From Mesotaenium endlicherianum (Eukaryota): a stretch of DNA of 64,000 nt. The notes beneath the pieces are model-generated. The model worked only from the letters and a program-made list of their open reading frames with translations, was not told where the DNA came from and did no database searches. The DNA lies in the NCBI GenBank assembly GCA_009602735.1, contig WELA01001907.1:80601-144600 (forward strand), read 5' to 3'. Below are positions 24,521-36,865 of this stretch, in pieces. Positions within the stretch are counted from its first letter, which is position 1, and each line of letters starts with the position of its first letter. Position numbers and translations under genes: made by a program.

Positions 24521-25441
24521 TGTAACGATCTGAGCTTTTTAGGCGTATTTGGGACGTTTTCCCGATTACCTAAAATACGTTACACTATTTATCATACATT
24601 ATTTGATGAATGATTGTATCACATTGAATTATTTGCCACTCACGTGTGCCGATTAATTCCCGGTCGATTGGCAAAACGACCGAGATACTATTGCAAAAAG
24701 CGTCGTAACGTAATTTGACTACTTCGCAAAAGTACGACATAATTAGTCACGAAGTTACTTTGATTAATTATGAGATGATAACTTAATGAATCATTGTTTG
24801 ATTAAGTTATTTTGATTGTCATTATTTCGGATAATGCACAGTCACGGATTTCGGATTTACGACCAGTCGTTAATACGAACAAACAGTCGTAAAAGTCAAA
24901 CGACACATAATATGCAAAGCGACTTTGCATCCGAGCGGGTTCGAACCCGCGACCTGTCGTTTAAAACGTTCACACCTAACCCATTGGCAAAGTAGTTCTT
25001 GTAACTACCGGTTCATGACAAAAAGCATGTGTACGCAACTCCGTGAACAGTTGCGACTTTTCGGAAAGTCGTGAGAACGCGAAAACGCCCGTTTGGCACG
25101 AAACGGTTTTTCGGAAATCGTCGAAAAGTCTCCAAACGGCCAAACGGCGCGATTCGAGCATTCAGCTGAAATGGGTTGTACCCCTTTGCCTGTTTTTGTT
25201 GACATGAACCAGTGCCCTAGGTGGTGACTCGAAGCACTCCAGAACCTCACGTCGTGCCGGTACAAATACCTGCAGAGTCATTGTGAGTGCAACTCTCACA
25301 AGCACACGTTCTACGTTAGTTTTCATTTTTGCTTTCTCACGAATTTGTCAATTTGCACAAGTATATTGATTTTCTTTCCTCTTCATTTAAATATACCTTG
25401 AATACCAAGGAAAGATCCTCTCGAAAAGCAAAAACGTTACA
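24521..25441 (+). repeat. 5' LTR of element E (921 bp)
   Basis: Perfect 7-bp inverted termini TGTAACG...CGTTACA, followed by PBS TGGTATTGGAGC at 25443-25454 and gag. No second copy in the window. Confidence 0.85.
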
Positions 25442-25642
25442 TTGGTATTGGAGCCGATCTCGGTTTCTCCAGGGAAATTTCTTTTTAGTGGTTGGAACAA
25501 ATATTTTGGCAAAATATATTATGGGGCAATTTTTCATACTGGAAGGTCACCCATCCCAGTCCTCCCCTGACCCAACGGTCGCTTATCGTGTTTCGACGGG
25601 AAAAAAAATCTTCTCTTTCTTCCGGCGCTATCTCGGCTTCCA

Positions 25643-26264
25643 TATGGCGGGCAAACATGGTGCCGAGGCTGCTGCTGCTGTTGCTGCCGCTGCTGCTACT
25701 ACTGCCGCTGCTGCTGCCGCCGCTGCTGCTCTTACCGTTCCTGTTGTCGACGTCGGCGATGCTGGAGGACTGCCCAACGAACCAATTTCGCCGCGCACTT
25801 TCCAGCAGACAATTTCACAACGCTTCACGGCCTTGACAACTGACAAACAAACCATGACAATGGCTCTAAGCACCTTGTCCGATGTCATTGGTCGTACAGA
25901 AGACCATGTTAATCTTGTTGAGGCCACTCATATTGAGTTGGCCGACCTTGTCACTCGCTTCGTTGCTGACATGGACACTCACCCTTTGATTGGTCCTTTC
26001 TTACAGGTTGCCCAAGGGATGCCGAGCCCATCAGGGACCGCCGGCGACAATGCCAACCCGCCAATCCCGCCCGCCATCCTTGGGCAGGCCGCGGCACCAA
26101 CGCCTTCATACAAGCCTTCACCGCCTGAAAAGTTTCAAGGCGGTCCAGGTTCTGACGTACGCCGTTTTCTCAAAGAATCCAAAACCTTCTTTGCGTTAGC
26201 TAAAGTGGCCCCTATCGACCAAGCCATGATGGCTTCCACTTTTCTCAAGGGGGACGCATTGCAG
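25643..26264 (+). pseudogene. gag: Element E gag, 3'-truncated
   Basis: MAGKH + poly-Ala...KPSPPEKFQGGPGSDVRRFL...FF...MASTFLKGDALQ; breaks off exactly before the expected WW. Confidence 0.8.
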
Positions 26265-26269
26265 TTTGA

Positions 26270-27112
26270 TGGCTGCTCACGAGAAAAACACAGAGTGGGA
26301 CTCCCTATATATCCCATGTCGCTCAAAATCTGCACGCCTTGGGTTACAATTGGGCTTACAAAATCGTGCAGTGCCTGTCCTTTGGACAGCCCCAAGCTAG
26401 GGAGCGGGTCGTCATTCTTGCCAAGCGCTGGGGAGATCCGCGTGACCTGCTATTGACTCCTCGCGCGTTTTGCTATCAGACAGAAATGTGCATCTGTGCC
26501 CATCACAGCCTGGTGGAGAAGACAAAGTACGAGGGAGTGTGGGTATCGGGATTTAATGAGGCATCGCCCTACAAGGGATACGGCCTCTGTCCGACAGTCA
26601 CGTGCGTGAACTCCAACCTCCTCGTCATGGCAGAGGAGGTGGGCCGCACCTCTCGCCTCCGGGTGCTAGGCGTGGAGGACGTAGAGACCCTGCAAGGATT
26701 CCTAGTTTGCTGGACAAATTGTATGGCCCACAAAAAGCGTCAGCTTTACCACTTAGGTAATGCCATTCCGGTAGGCCTTTCGGCATGGATTAAGAGTAGA
26801 ATATCTCATGCCTACAAAGACAAGTACGATTTTAGCAAGGACCCGCCATTGCACGAGGTGGCCACCTGGCCGAAGGCTGCTTGGCAGATGCAGAGTGGTG
26901 ATTTTAGGATACATCAGGCGATCCACGTGTCGGCGCTGGTAGATGCACCTCCCGTCGCTCCCATACCCGATTCTCTCGTGCACAGGTTGATCGAGGAACA
27001 AAGGTGCGCTAAGAGCAAACTCGTGGGGTGGTTCAATCGGCCGCGGTGTGACAAGGAGTGGGCAAGCACTGGAAGTCTGGCAAAGCTCCTGAGACACGCG
27101 TTGCTGCCCTGA
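26270..27112 (+). pseudogene. C-terminal half of a second C5-cytosine DNA methyltransferase (Dcm-like type)
   Basis: LGYNWAYKIVQCLSFGQPQARERVVILA (motifs VII-VIII), PTVT, RVLGVEDVETLQGF...WT (IX), LGNAIPV (X). Motifs I-VI are absent. Confidence 0.85.
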
Positions 27113-28128
27113 GGTGCGCACTGCCTTTTGGCCACTTTGTGGAGGAGGAGATTAGAGTAATGAAGGACTCGGGTCATCTTACTTGTGACACGCTGGCATC
27201 AGCCTTCAACACGTGGCTTTTTGGGAAAAGTGCACATGGCGAGCATCAGCACAAGTGTAACCGAAAGCATGTGAGTACGCTGGTGGGGATCGACAGCCTT
27301 CACTGGCAAAGGGGCAACAAGTATCCCAGGATCTATAAGGACAAGTGCTTGATAGGACTCCTTTGATGACGGCATCCAGTGTTTGGGAGGAAGTTAAAAT
27401 AGCACTTTGTAGTTTGCAATGAGTATGTTGTGACGTTTTTTAGTGGGTGATTTGCTTCTACTAGTGATCATTTGAGTGACGATTATTTGGAATGCTGCCA
27501 GACTTGATCATGCGCTGAATTCATTGCACAAAACTCAGAGGTAGAGTACCTGTCGGAAAGGACTGGACCTGAACCTCATACTCAATGCTTGTTGGTGTGC
27601 TGGAACTCTATTGAACAAGCAGCTGTGATTTCATATGTGCTGGGCTCTTGTGATACAACTTCCACAAGGCCACCAAAAAACAACTGGCTTCTGCTGCGGG
27701 ATATCATTAACTTTTCTTCTCGATCCCAGGGGGAAGAGACATGATCCTGAATACCTATCTAGCACACTGACACCTGTACGCAAGTGGGCGATACAGTACA
27801 AGGGACTATGGTTACGGCCATCGCTGTATTCCAAGGACCTTCCCCTGCATAACTACCCTCAACTATGACAACTAGCAGCAGTACCGGATTCAGCCGGCTG
27901 GAATGAAGAATCAGACTGACAACCGCGCAGAATAAGACTAACCCTAAACGATCCCCAGAACAGAGTCAAGTAGGGAGGCAATTTTGCCTTCCTGGTCCTT
28001 ACAATGTTTGCTTCCAACGACACGCTGGGGTTGTTGACCACAAAGGTTCTACACTTTCCGAAAAGAGCTGCGGTGCTACCCCTGCTGCACTTAGCCTCAT
28101 CCTCCTTAATGTGATGATCTTTCACGTT

Positions 28129-28310
28129 CTATCCTGAGACCCAAAACAATTTGTCATTATCACAGAAGAAAACTGCAAATATGCCATTCTGTACCTCTAT
28201 GCACTGGCCATTGAAGAAGACGTGAGCATGATGTATGCCCACCTGTTTCTTTGCCCACGCTTCTCCAAAGAAGACAACAGGAACGTAGATGAAGCTACTG
28301 CTCATCGGAT
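28129..28310 (-). pseudogene. Exon fragment of an unknown decayed gene sharing a motif with the piggyBac N-terminal ORF
   Basis: FIYVPVVFFGEAWAKKQVG....FFNG versus LLIPATFWGDAWAKKTFG....FFLVG (47406-47984). Confidence 0.55.
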
Positions 28311-28438
28311 AGTAGACAACCTCGTCGAGAGACGGCCTGCCATTGGAGACAGTCACATGTAAGAAAATGGTGTAATGAGCTGTAGTGCAGTATGTTGCTC
28401 AATCTGTGAAAAGAACTCCAAATGATTGACAGTTTGCA

Positions 28439-28441
<3 letters not shown>

Positions 28442-28486
<45 letters not shown>

Positions 28487-28487
28487 N

Positions 28488-28553
<66 letters not shown>
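28442..28553. repeat. (CT)n microsatellite (contains one N)
   Basis: Seen directly. Confidence 0.98.
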
Positions 28554-28558
<5 letters not shown>

Positions 28559-29150
28559 TAACGCCTTCCTCAAGAAGCTGTAGCTTTTATGGTCTAGCGC
28601 TTTAGGGCTTAGGGTTGCGGTCCAGATGCCAGGGCCGGGTTCACACCTGCTGTACACTCTGGGAAGTGGTTTGGGGTTCATGCACCTAAGCCAGGGCAGG
28701 TTCTTGGTCCTGCACTGCCTCATCTACAGTGTGAACGCGCTCCCGACATCGGCTCGGTCTTTGAGTGGGCTGCCCACCAGGTGGCGCCTGCCACGGCCAG
28801 CAGGGTGATGGATGTGGTACACCACCCTGCAAGATACATACTTGTTCTGGGGGCGCCACTTGGCGCGCTGTACAGCTGGCTGTCGTGGCGGGTGGCCGCA
28901 TCAGCTTCCAAGGGGAGGGCTCTCAAGGAAGAGGTGCGTGGCGTGGGCCCGGGAGAAGAAAACCTCTCTTCCTCTCGCCCCCCCGTGATGCAACGCAACG
29001 ATTGGGTTTGTGTCGAGGGCTAGCTGGCAGGAGGTAGGGTTTTCCAGTAGGGGTGGGGTTGGGGGTATGCAAATTGTACTGGGCTTAGAATTAAGGTTAG
29101 GCTTAGGGTTGGGGGCTAGGGCTAGGGCTTGGGCTTGCCAGCCGGTTTAG

Positions 29151-29152
<2 letters not shown>

Positions 29153-29189
<37 letters not shown>
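29153..29189. repeat. (TC)n microsatellite
   Basis: Seen directly. Confidence 0.95.
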
Positions 29190-29195
<6 letters not shown>

Positions 29196-30404
29196 CCCTC
29201 TCTACTCGGCCAGTAGTTTGTGTGTAAAAGAAGCATAGCAGCAGTACAGCACAGCAGCGCTGTTCCAGTCTGCAAGCGTCCCATCAATTCGGACAAGGTT
29301 AAAGTAAGTCATTCTGTGTCTTCGTCGGCATAGTTGCCACCCACGCAGTCACTTGTTTCTAACGGTTTTAAACTGTTAACAAGTGTACAATCGTCGGTAG
29401 TGGAACAAAGTTTGTGCATCAGTGCACACAAACGAGCATGCAACTGTTGGCAACCCCGTCGGGTGGCAGGCTTCCTACAAAGGGGGTACGTGCCCGTACT
29501 GCCAAACAAAAATGTGGATGCAGTCCAGGACCTCTTTTAAAATTGTGCAGAGTGTTGGAATTTGAATCGTTGACCTCGTGCTCATCGCACTGCTATCTCG
29601 CACAACAAGAAAAACATAATAAGCGCGTTCTCACCTAAACATATGGAACAGAGACATTCTGCGAAAGTAGAGTCCACTGACCTGTGCTCATCCACCATAG
29701 CAGAGATTTCCCTGTCTGGTGCTAGTGCTATATTGTGACACAATGTGGGCGTGCCTGTAGTAGCTCGGTGACTGAAAGCGGTGGTGCGCTTTTAAAATGG
29801 GGAGAGAAACAGATCTGACAGTAAAAGGGCCCATCATGTTGCACTCTACGGGTATGAAATGAAGTGAGATTGGAGGGAAGTCATCCTAAAAAGTTGGCGT
29901 CAAATTTGCGAATTTGGCTCATGGAGGGAAGGTGGCCTGCGAAGGTGCACTACACTATTGAGTTTGGCATCTTTGGACGGTGATGTTGGCATTGACGGTG
30001 GGCTAGCTTCAACTTGAGTGGTACTCCGTGGATGATACGACGTCATTAGTAATGTACTTTGAATGTCGTCACTGGCAAAATGTCCCAGTATGATGTAGTG
30101 GAAAAGTTGATGTGCCCACACATGCGACCCTGTTGAGCGTGATAATAAATTGGGGAGCAAACCCGAAGCCAGTCCACCCTTTTGAACTTCATTTACGTAA
30201 TATTTTCGTCATACTCTTGCATTGCTCCTGAAACGAACATTATGTTTTTGTCAACCTCATGCACATTTCCCGAACGAGCAGACAAAGGATCGAAACTCCG
30301 GGAAGGCCATGCTTCGTAACCAATATATTACAGAAGGTTATCTCAATTTTAAATGGTGTACTATTTAGAAATATAATTGTGTGAAAACCTCTGAAGGACA
30401 TCTT

Positions 30405-30790
30405 GCTATGGCCCGCAAATTGTTCCACCATTTGGCGGTAATATATATGCCATTCACGGTATCTTGTTGTCATTTGCTTCAGCGAAGTAAAGCGTATGCG
30501 TGACCAGATATTTTGGTCACTTGAAGTAAGTTTAACACAAAGTTTATGTTTCACTCGCGCTTGGTTGGTTTGTGCACAGAGGTTGGACGTGATTGAACGA
30601 CTCTTGGTTCTTGGAAATAATCACTGACGTCGAATTACGTTCAATCATCAAACCCGAGCGCCTGCGCCTGCGAGTCGGAAACATCCAACCTTGTGCTTTG
30701 ATACCTCTGTCGAGCCCAGTTCTTAAATGCACATGCAGAGCCATGGTTGCATGTAAGTGGCTCAGGTGTACATTCCTACATGGAAGACAA
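30405..30790 (-). repeat. Diverged inverted copy of intergenic module 59310-59740
   Basis: Shared blocks on reverse complement, e.g. CATGGCTCTGCA.GTGCA, TCTGTGCA..AACCAACCAAG.GCGAG, AATGACAACAA.ATA.CGT, ACCGCCAAATG.TG. Confidence 0.8.
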
Positions 30791-30992
30791 ATGTATCCAC
30801 AGATGGGACCCTTGGCCAATGCGTAGATAGACTGTTGTGTGCATGTCAAGTGAGTTTTTCCGTTCCTTGTGGTGCTCATGATGAATTCGATATCACGAAT
30901 CGAGATTTCAGGCTGGTCACAAAGTCGGGCCCTCTTTCTCTTTGAGCTGTGCTAGCTTTTATTTGTCATTCATACATTGCATTGTCTTGTGA

Positions 30993-31990
30993 GTGAGCGA
31001 CAACAGCCAGTACATGCCAATGTCCAAAAGCAAAGGGGGTGAAGGGTTACGAGGTACAAGTTGTGCCGATGAGGGACCGGTGAGTCCAACTAAGAAACAG
31101 CGCCATAGCAATTTATGTTATGAACTGCAGGAATTTATAGAGGAAACCAAAGTGGAAACCAAAAGGATTGAAGCCTTGAAAAGTAGTCTTGCATATGACA
31201 TTACTCGTCTGGAGGTAATCCAGAGTGATACAACGGCGGAATTAGATAAAACATCACCATCTATCAACATCTATCTTATGTCAGAAGAAAGACTGCAGCC
31301 TTTTATGATCAAGCCTTCCGTCTGAGAAACAGGCCTTGTTAGCTAGCTCTAGGGGAGGACAAAGTCGTGTCTGTCATGGCATCAACATCAGACAAGGGGA
31401 AAGCTCCATTATTAGAACCTGAGGGATCACAGGGAAATGTAGTGCCAGCTGTGGATGTAGTGGCAGCTCTCCAGCCAGTTGATGACGATCCAGTTGAGGA
31501 GATGGGGCCAAATAGGAAGAGAGAGTTTGATAGAGTCACAAATGATATTGCCCAATGGATGAAGGAGTTAGTACAGATGTCAGAAAAAGCCTCATACGAT
31601 TTGGGTAATTGCGAGCTTGAGATCAGAAGCAATTCAGTCCCACACAAAGTGTCTGGGTGATACATGGGCACCCAAACGCGTGCAATAAGAACTGTTGAAG
31701 CTGAGGGTGAGGATGTTGGTGTAGAAGAAAGCGATTGAAGTTTGAACATGTGCTCTGTCTGCTACATGAGAGGAGTGGAGGTAGGCAGTTCTTGATGTGA
31801 AGAATTTGAGATGGACAATTCCTGTGTTGTTTGTGCCCAACATGCAATGGCAGGTAGTTTTGGCACTGTTGCGCCTCCGTCTAACACACTAAATGCTATT
31901 GTGGATGTGCAGTTGAGGAGGGCAAATTCGGAGAATGATGATGCTTCAACCTGGAAGCAGAGAGCGATGGAAGCTGTGCAGGGTGAGGGC
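30993..31990 (+). pseudogene. Decayed gene of unknown function (coiled-coil-like segments, CVVC)
   Basis: Collinear ORF fragments 30993-31325, 31367-31660 and 31811-32098 separated by stops. Confidence 0.35.
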
Positions 31991-31994
31991 CTTT

Positions 31995-32439
31995 ACGAGG
32001 TCCTAATAGTTGGACATATGTGGCCCTTACTGTTGCAAGGCCCCTCTTTGAGCTCTTTGTACAGTAGTTCATATTGTTTTACGGGCAGGTTACATTAGTT
32101 GCAGCACTAGCGTCTGAGTCAAATATTTGTACATACGCTTTTGAGAAGCTTGTGTTAGGGGTGTAGGCGCCTTGTTGCTACAAAATAGCATCATTTTATC
32201 CTCCTTACTCTTAAGGATGTTTGCAGTCAAAGTAACAGTTGAAAATGGAATCACTTTCATGCCTCCTTCGGTGCACATGCGTGGTTGTGTGAACCAATAA
32301 TGTACAGTAATATAAGATCAGAAAGTATGCATATATACTTGTATTAGTGTCCTGCACTGCATCAATTGGAGTCTCTGCGCCTAGCAAATTTGCGGTGAGC
32401 ATCATAGAATTAGTATATGTTACTAACAAAAGCACCTGT
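31995..32439 (+). repeat. Diverged inverted copy of module 56750-57280 (continues at 49754-49850 after element C)
   Basis: TGTAGCAACAAGGCGCC...CTAACACAAGC.TCTCAAAAGC.TATGTACAAAT is shared. The homology resumes across the C insertion (AAGTTGAGGT.CTGTAC). Confidence 0.85.
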
Positions 32440-33177
32440 TGTAAGGTCATAGGTTTATAAAGTGCATTTTGAGTTTCATGAAAGTAGGTTTTGAATGTAT
32501 AGAAGTGTAGAGTGCATTTTTGTGATCATTTTGGTATAGAGTTCATCAAATTTGGTCAAGTATTGAGAGCGTTATGGATTTTCGAAGTTTAATTAGTTTT
32601 GAGGTTGGTTGACGACTGCCCTTAATTTGCGGTGAGCGCGACCGTCGGATTGACCGACAGCGTTGAGCGATCTGGCTCGTTAGAGTGAACTCGAACCTTC
32701 ACGTAAGTTCGGCTGACGCGGAGTGCCGACTAGGTCGATTTACCTGGAAGTTTCGGTTTAGCCTAGCGCGTATAAGATAGAATATTCTAGTAATGTCGAT
32801 GCATGTATGTGGACGTCAAATCGGCCCGAAACGTCAGATGAGACTGATCTGGCTTTCTCAGGAATATTCTGGAAGGGACAATTTGACGAACACTTAGGAA
32901 AATCCGTAGCTTCATCCCAGGGAGGAGCACTTAGGCAGAAAATTATAAATAAACATAACTTCTTTGTTTCTTATCAGTTTTCACTTTTGTGAATTTCTAC
33001 GGGTTTGTAATGACAAGGCCTTTCATCCTAAATCATTTGTGAGCATTTTCTTGCTACTCAAAAATTTTACTAATTTTCTTAAGCTTTTTTAGTGATATGT
33101 CGCTCTTTAGTATAATTACAACCAATTCCTTTCCTCGTGAGTTACTACGCTTCCACTAGGGCACTCTGCCCCTTTCA
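32440..33177 (+). repeat. 5' LTR of element C (738 bp)
   Basis: TG...CA; aligns to 46909-47136 plus 49233-49748. Confidence 0.95.
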
Positions 33178-33214
33178 TCTGGTATCGGAGCAAGGTTAGT
33201 TTGCATATTATATT

Positions 33215-34225
33215 ATGGAGTCACAGTCGGCAGCTGGAGGAGGCGAACATGTCGAGCATGTTGAGCGCGCGGGGCAGCGGGCAGCACCAACGATGACTAG
33301 AGAGCAACAAGAGATGCAGGCGATGCTCAGGCAAATGGCAAATGCAATCGGAGGAGAAGTCTACGCCCAATTTCAACAAAATATGCGCGCAGAAGTGGAG
33401 AGAATGGTGCGAGTTGTTGTTGGAAACGCCGCTTCGACGAGTTCGGCACCTGCACCCGTTGTACCACCAATTCATGTTAACCCATTGGTGCAGCCAATTA
33501 TTCCACCCGCATCGGGAGTGCCCGCGCCTAAGCCTGAAGTGTATACTGGAGAGCGTGGATCGCCGCCTGTTCATCAATGGATTTTTGGAGTGAAGAAGTT
33601 TATGGAGTATTCTGCGCTCACGCCCGACAGGCAAGTCGCCTTTGTCATAACTTTGCTGCAGAGTAGTGCTGGAGCTTGGTATAAACAAGAAGAGCAGCTG
33701 TCTGGAGTTCTTGCTATTGTTGATCAGCTCTTTGAAGGCTTGAAGAGGCAATTTCAACCTATTGCACCCGAGGCTACCGCTCGAGATCTATTGGTGCGCC
33801 TTCGTCAACGAGGAAGCGTTCAGAAGTATGTTTCGCGCTTCAACGAGCTGGTGCTTCAATGTCCATCCATGCACGAGTCGGAGATGATGGACAAGTTCAA
33901 GAGGGGACTCAAGCCAACTGTGGCCAAGGAAGTGGCGCTCAAGGACCCTACCAGTCTCGGAGAAATGATGGCATTGGCAACGAGGGTCGACGCTGTGGAG
34001 TATAGTCAGAGGCGGTGGGGCAGCCACAACTTTGGAGGATATCGGCATTTTGGACCTCAAGCGCCAAGCACGAGTGTTCAAGGTCCAGTACCTATGGAGT
34101 TGGGACTTGTTCAGTACCAGCGCAAGCAGCACAATTTTAAGCCGAGAGGACCCTGCTATAATTGTGGCAAGCTTGAACATCTGGCTCGAGACTGTCATGT
34201 GAAGGCGAAGCAACCTCAACAGTAG
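33215..34225 (+). CDS. gag: Element C Gag
   Basis: KPEVYTG...WIFGV...LRQRGSVQKYVSRF...GPVPMELG...CYNCGKLEHLARDC. Confidence 0.9.
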   Translation: MESQSAAGGGEHVEHVERAGQRAAPTMTREQQEMQAMLRQMANAIGGEVYAQFQQNMRAEVERMVRVVVGNAASTSSAPAPVVPPIHVNPLVQPIIPPASGVPAPKPEVYTGERGSPPVHQWIFGVKKFMEYSALTPDRQVAFVITLLQSSAGAWYKQEEQLSGVLAIVDQLFEGLKRQFQPIAPEATARDLLVRLRQRGSVQKYVSRFNELVLQCPSMHESEMMDKFKRGLKPTVAKEVALKDPTSLGEMMALATRVDAVEYSQRRWGSHNFGGYRHFGPQAPSTSVQGPVPMELGLVQYQRKQHNFKPRGPCYNCGKLEHLARDCHVKAKQPQQ

Positions 34226-34257
34226 GAAAAAGGAGGACGCCCGTAAGTCGTTCTGGG

Positions 34258-35817
34258 GTGTCTACTGGCGTGAAGACAAGAACTCACAAGGAGGTTATCC
34301 CCAGGAACCTGCCGAGAAGCGAAAGACGAGATGTTGACAAGACTATCATCGTGGGAGGAGTGGTCGACGGCAACGAGGCGAAATGTATGGTCGATAGTGG
34401 CGCAAGTGCAAATTTTGTGCAAAAGAAGCTGGTGAAAGAGTGGCGAATCCCTATACAGAAGAATTATGAGCCTAAGGAGGCAATTTTGGCGAATGGGCAG
34501 AGACTCAAGTGTGGTGCACCTACGGAAGCTATTCATGTGGAAGTAGCAGGGCACCAGAGTAAGGACGTTATGGAGCAGGCAGAGTTGGGTCGCCATGAGG
34601 TGATATTGGGACGACCATGGCTGAGGAAAGCCAACCCTCAAGTGCACTGGAGCACAGAACAAGTGAAAGTCCAAGGGCGTGATGGTCAAATGGAGACAGC
34701 GAAGCAGGTGGAGGTAGATACGACCACAAGTAACTGTTTTCTGTCGAGCCTGCAAGTTAAGAAGCTATGCAGGGCGAATCAGGTGAAGGAGATGTACGTT
34801 GTTCCGGTGGCCCTGGCCAGGTCATCAGATGGAGCAAGCGTGAACAGCCTGGGCGAATGTACATCGCCGGAGGAGCAAGTAGTGGTGTCTGATCCCCTTG
34901 CTCAGAAGGAGCAGAGCCCAACTGCTCAAGAGAAGAAGCCTGCTGAAATGCCTGCCCAAATTAAGGCGCTATTGGAGGAGTTCAAGTGCGTATCTCCTGA
35001 GGAGCTACCTGCAGGATTACCTCCACAGAGAACTATGGAGCACAAGATCGAGTTGGAACCAGGAAGCAAGCCACCAGTGAGACACGCTTATCGTGAATCG
35101 TTTGCGGAGTTGGACGAGTTGAAGAAGCAGCTAACAGATTAATTGGAGAAGGGATTCATCCGACCCAGCGAATCTCCATTTGCAGCGTTAGTTTTATTTG
35201 TGAAGAAGAAGGATGGGACTATGAGGATGTGTGTCGACTATCGGGCGCTGAACAAGGTCACCATCAAAAACAGGTACCCACTTCCACGAGTGGACGAGTT
35301 AATTGACAGGCTTGTCGAGGCGAAGTATTTCTCAAAGATCGATTTGAGGAGTGGCTATCACCAGGTACGGATTGTGGAAGGAGACGTTCAGAAGACTGCT
35401 TTCAGGACTCGCTATGGTTTGTTCGAGTTCACAGTCATGCCTTTTGGATTAACTAATGCACCTGCTACATTCATGGATAGTATCTTCAGACCCTACTTGG
35501 ACCAGTTTGTGGTGGTAATTTGGGAAAACATCCTGATCTATTCGAAGACCTTGGAAGAGCATATGGAGCATCTGAGGAAGGTGTTGGAGGTCTTGAGAGA
35601 TCAAAAGTTATATGGAAAGGTGAACAAGTGCGACTTCTGTCTTAATGAAGTCGTATGTCTTGGACATATAATGGGAGCTGAAGGAGTCAAGGTGGAGCAG
35701 AAGAAGGTGCAAGCAGTCAGAGATTGGCCGGTACCTGCTGATATTCATCTACTCAGGAGTTTCCTCGGCATGGCAAATTATTATCGACGTTTCATTGAAG
35801 GATTCGCGAAGGTGTGT
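34258..35817 (+). pseudogene. pol: Element C pol, 5' part (PR, RT)
   Basis: [27 protein letters not shown]; stop at 35140-35142; catalytic motif decayed to IWEN; cut by D. Confidence 0.92.
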
Positions 35818-36538
35818 TGTAATGAATCAGTATACTGGGTGACATAATATTCATTTAAATAATATAGTTAAATAAGTTCAGCCTGCTGAACTCTAGTTAA
35901 CAATCAGTCTGCTGGACTTTATACTTAATATCAGTTTAATGACTTGGCCAGAAGTAGCAGGCTGAGGTCACCTTAAGTCAGCTTGCTGACACATTCTTTG
36001 ACAGCCAGCTGACTTCCGTACTCGGTAGCAGCGAACTGCCTCGATATGCATCTAAGTGTGGTATGCTAGATGAATGGCCAGATGACATCCCTATGATGGA
36101 TGGCGATTCGGGATGATGGGAGATGGCGGTGGATTTGGTTAACCGAGGTCCTACCAACGTGGTTAACTCCCGGGTAGGCGGTGCCATCGCACTGACCGTT
36201 GAACAGTAAACTCATTCCATGTACATACGCTAGACATTGCTCTCGGGTTCGGCATTCGGAGACGAGGCCAACTCTCTTGTACAGCTTACTGAGAGAGATC
36301 TGAATCCAAGGCGAGAAGCCATTGATACGCACTGTCTTCTAACCTTGCTTATGTATGAGTTTACTGATTTGCATCATTGATGCTAGTTTACTCGCATTTG
36401 ACTTACGAGTATTATTCACTGCTAGTGTGTTGTCCTTTGCCGTTAAACCAGTTAACGGAAAATACCATAAAGATTACTTGCTGATATAAAGATCTTTATT
36501 AATTGTTAATCGCCTATTTGGTAAGTCGATTCATTTCA
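35818..36538 (+). repeat. 5' LTR of element D (721 bp)
   Basis: TGTAATGAATC...GATTCATTTCA; direct repeat of 44187-44905. Confidence 0.97.
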
Positions 36539-36865
36539 GTGGTATCGGAGCAGTTATCACAGTCTTCTTTGTATGGTAAGGACAAGGTCTCAAACTAGCA
36601 ACTCCCGAGACATGGAGAACCAGGATAACGAGAATGTCGAAAACCAGGCGGAAAGCCATGTAGCGGGAAACCGTACCTATTCGGAAGCAGTAGCGGATAC
36701 TGCAGCTAGGGAGGCTGCAGATGAGGCAGCTGCTATTGCCTCAGTCGCAGCTCAGCAAGCTGAGGAGGAGATAGCCAGACTAGAAGCTGAACAAGTAGCA
36801 AAGGCCGCTGAAGATANNNCGATTCATTTCAGTGGTATCGGAGCAGTTGCCACAGTCTTCTTTGT

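Noticed and set aside
24925..24992. Functional tRNA gene
   Set aside because: Acceptor and anticodon stems do not pair and the T-arm is one base short. Kept only as a tRNA-like relic.
25329..26456. 375-aa ORF as a single real protein
   Set aside because: It starts inside the LTR, and after 26264 runs out of frame over the MTase fragment; it is a chimeric reading frame.
28295..28723. ORFs with (ER)n or (LS)n runs, also at 50849-51602
   Set aside because: Translations of GA/CT microsatellites.
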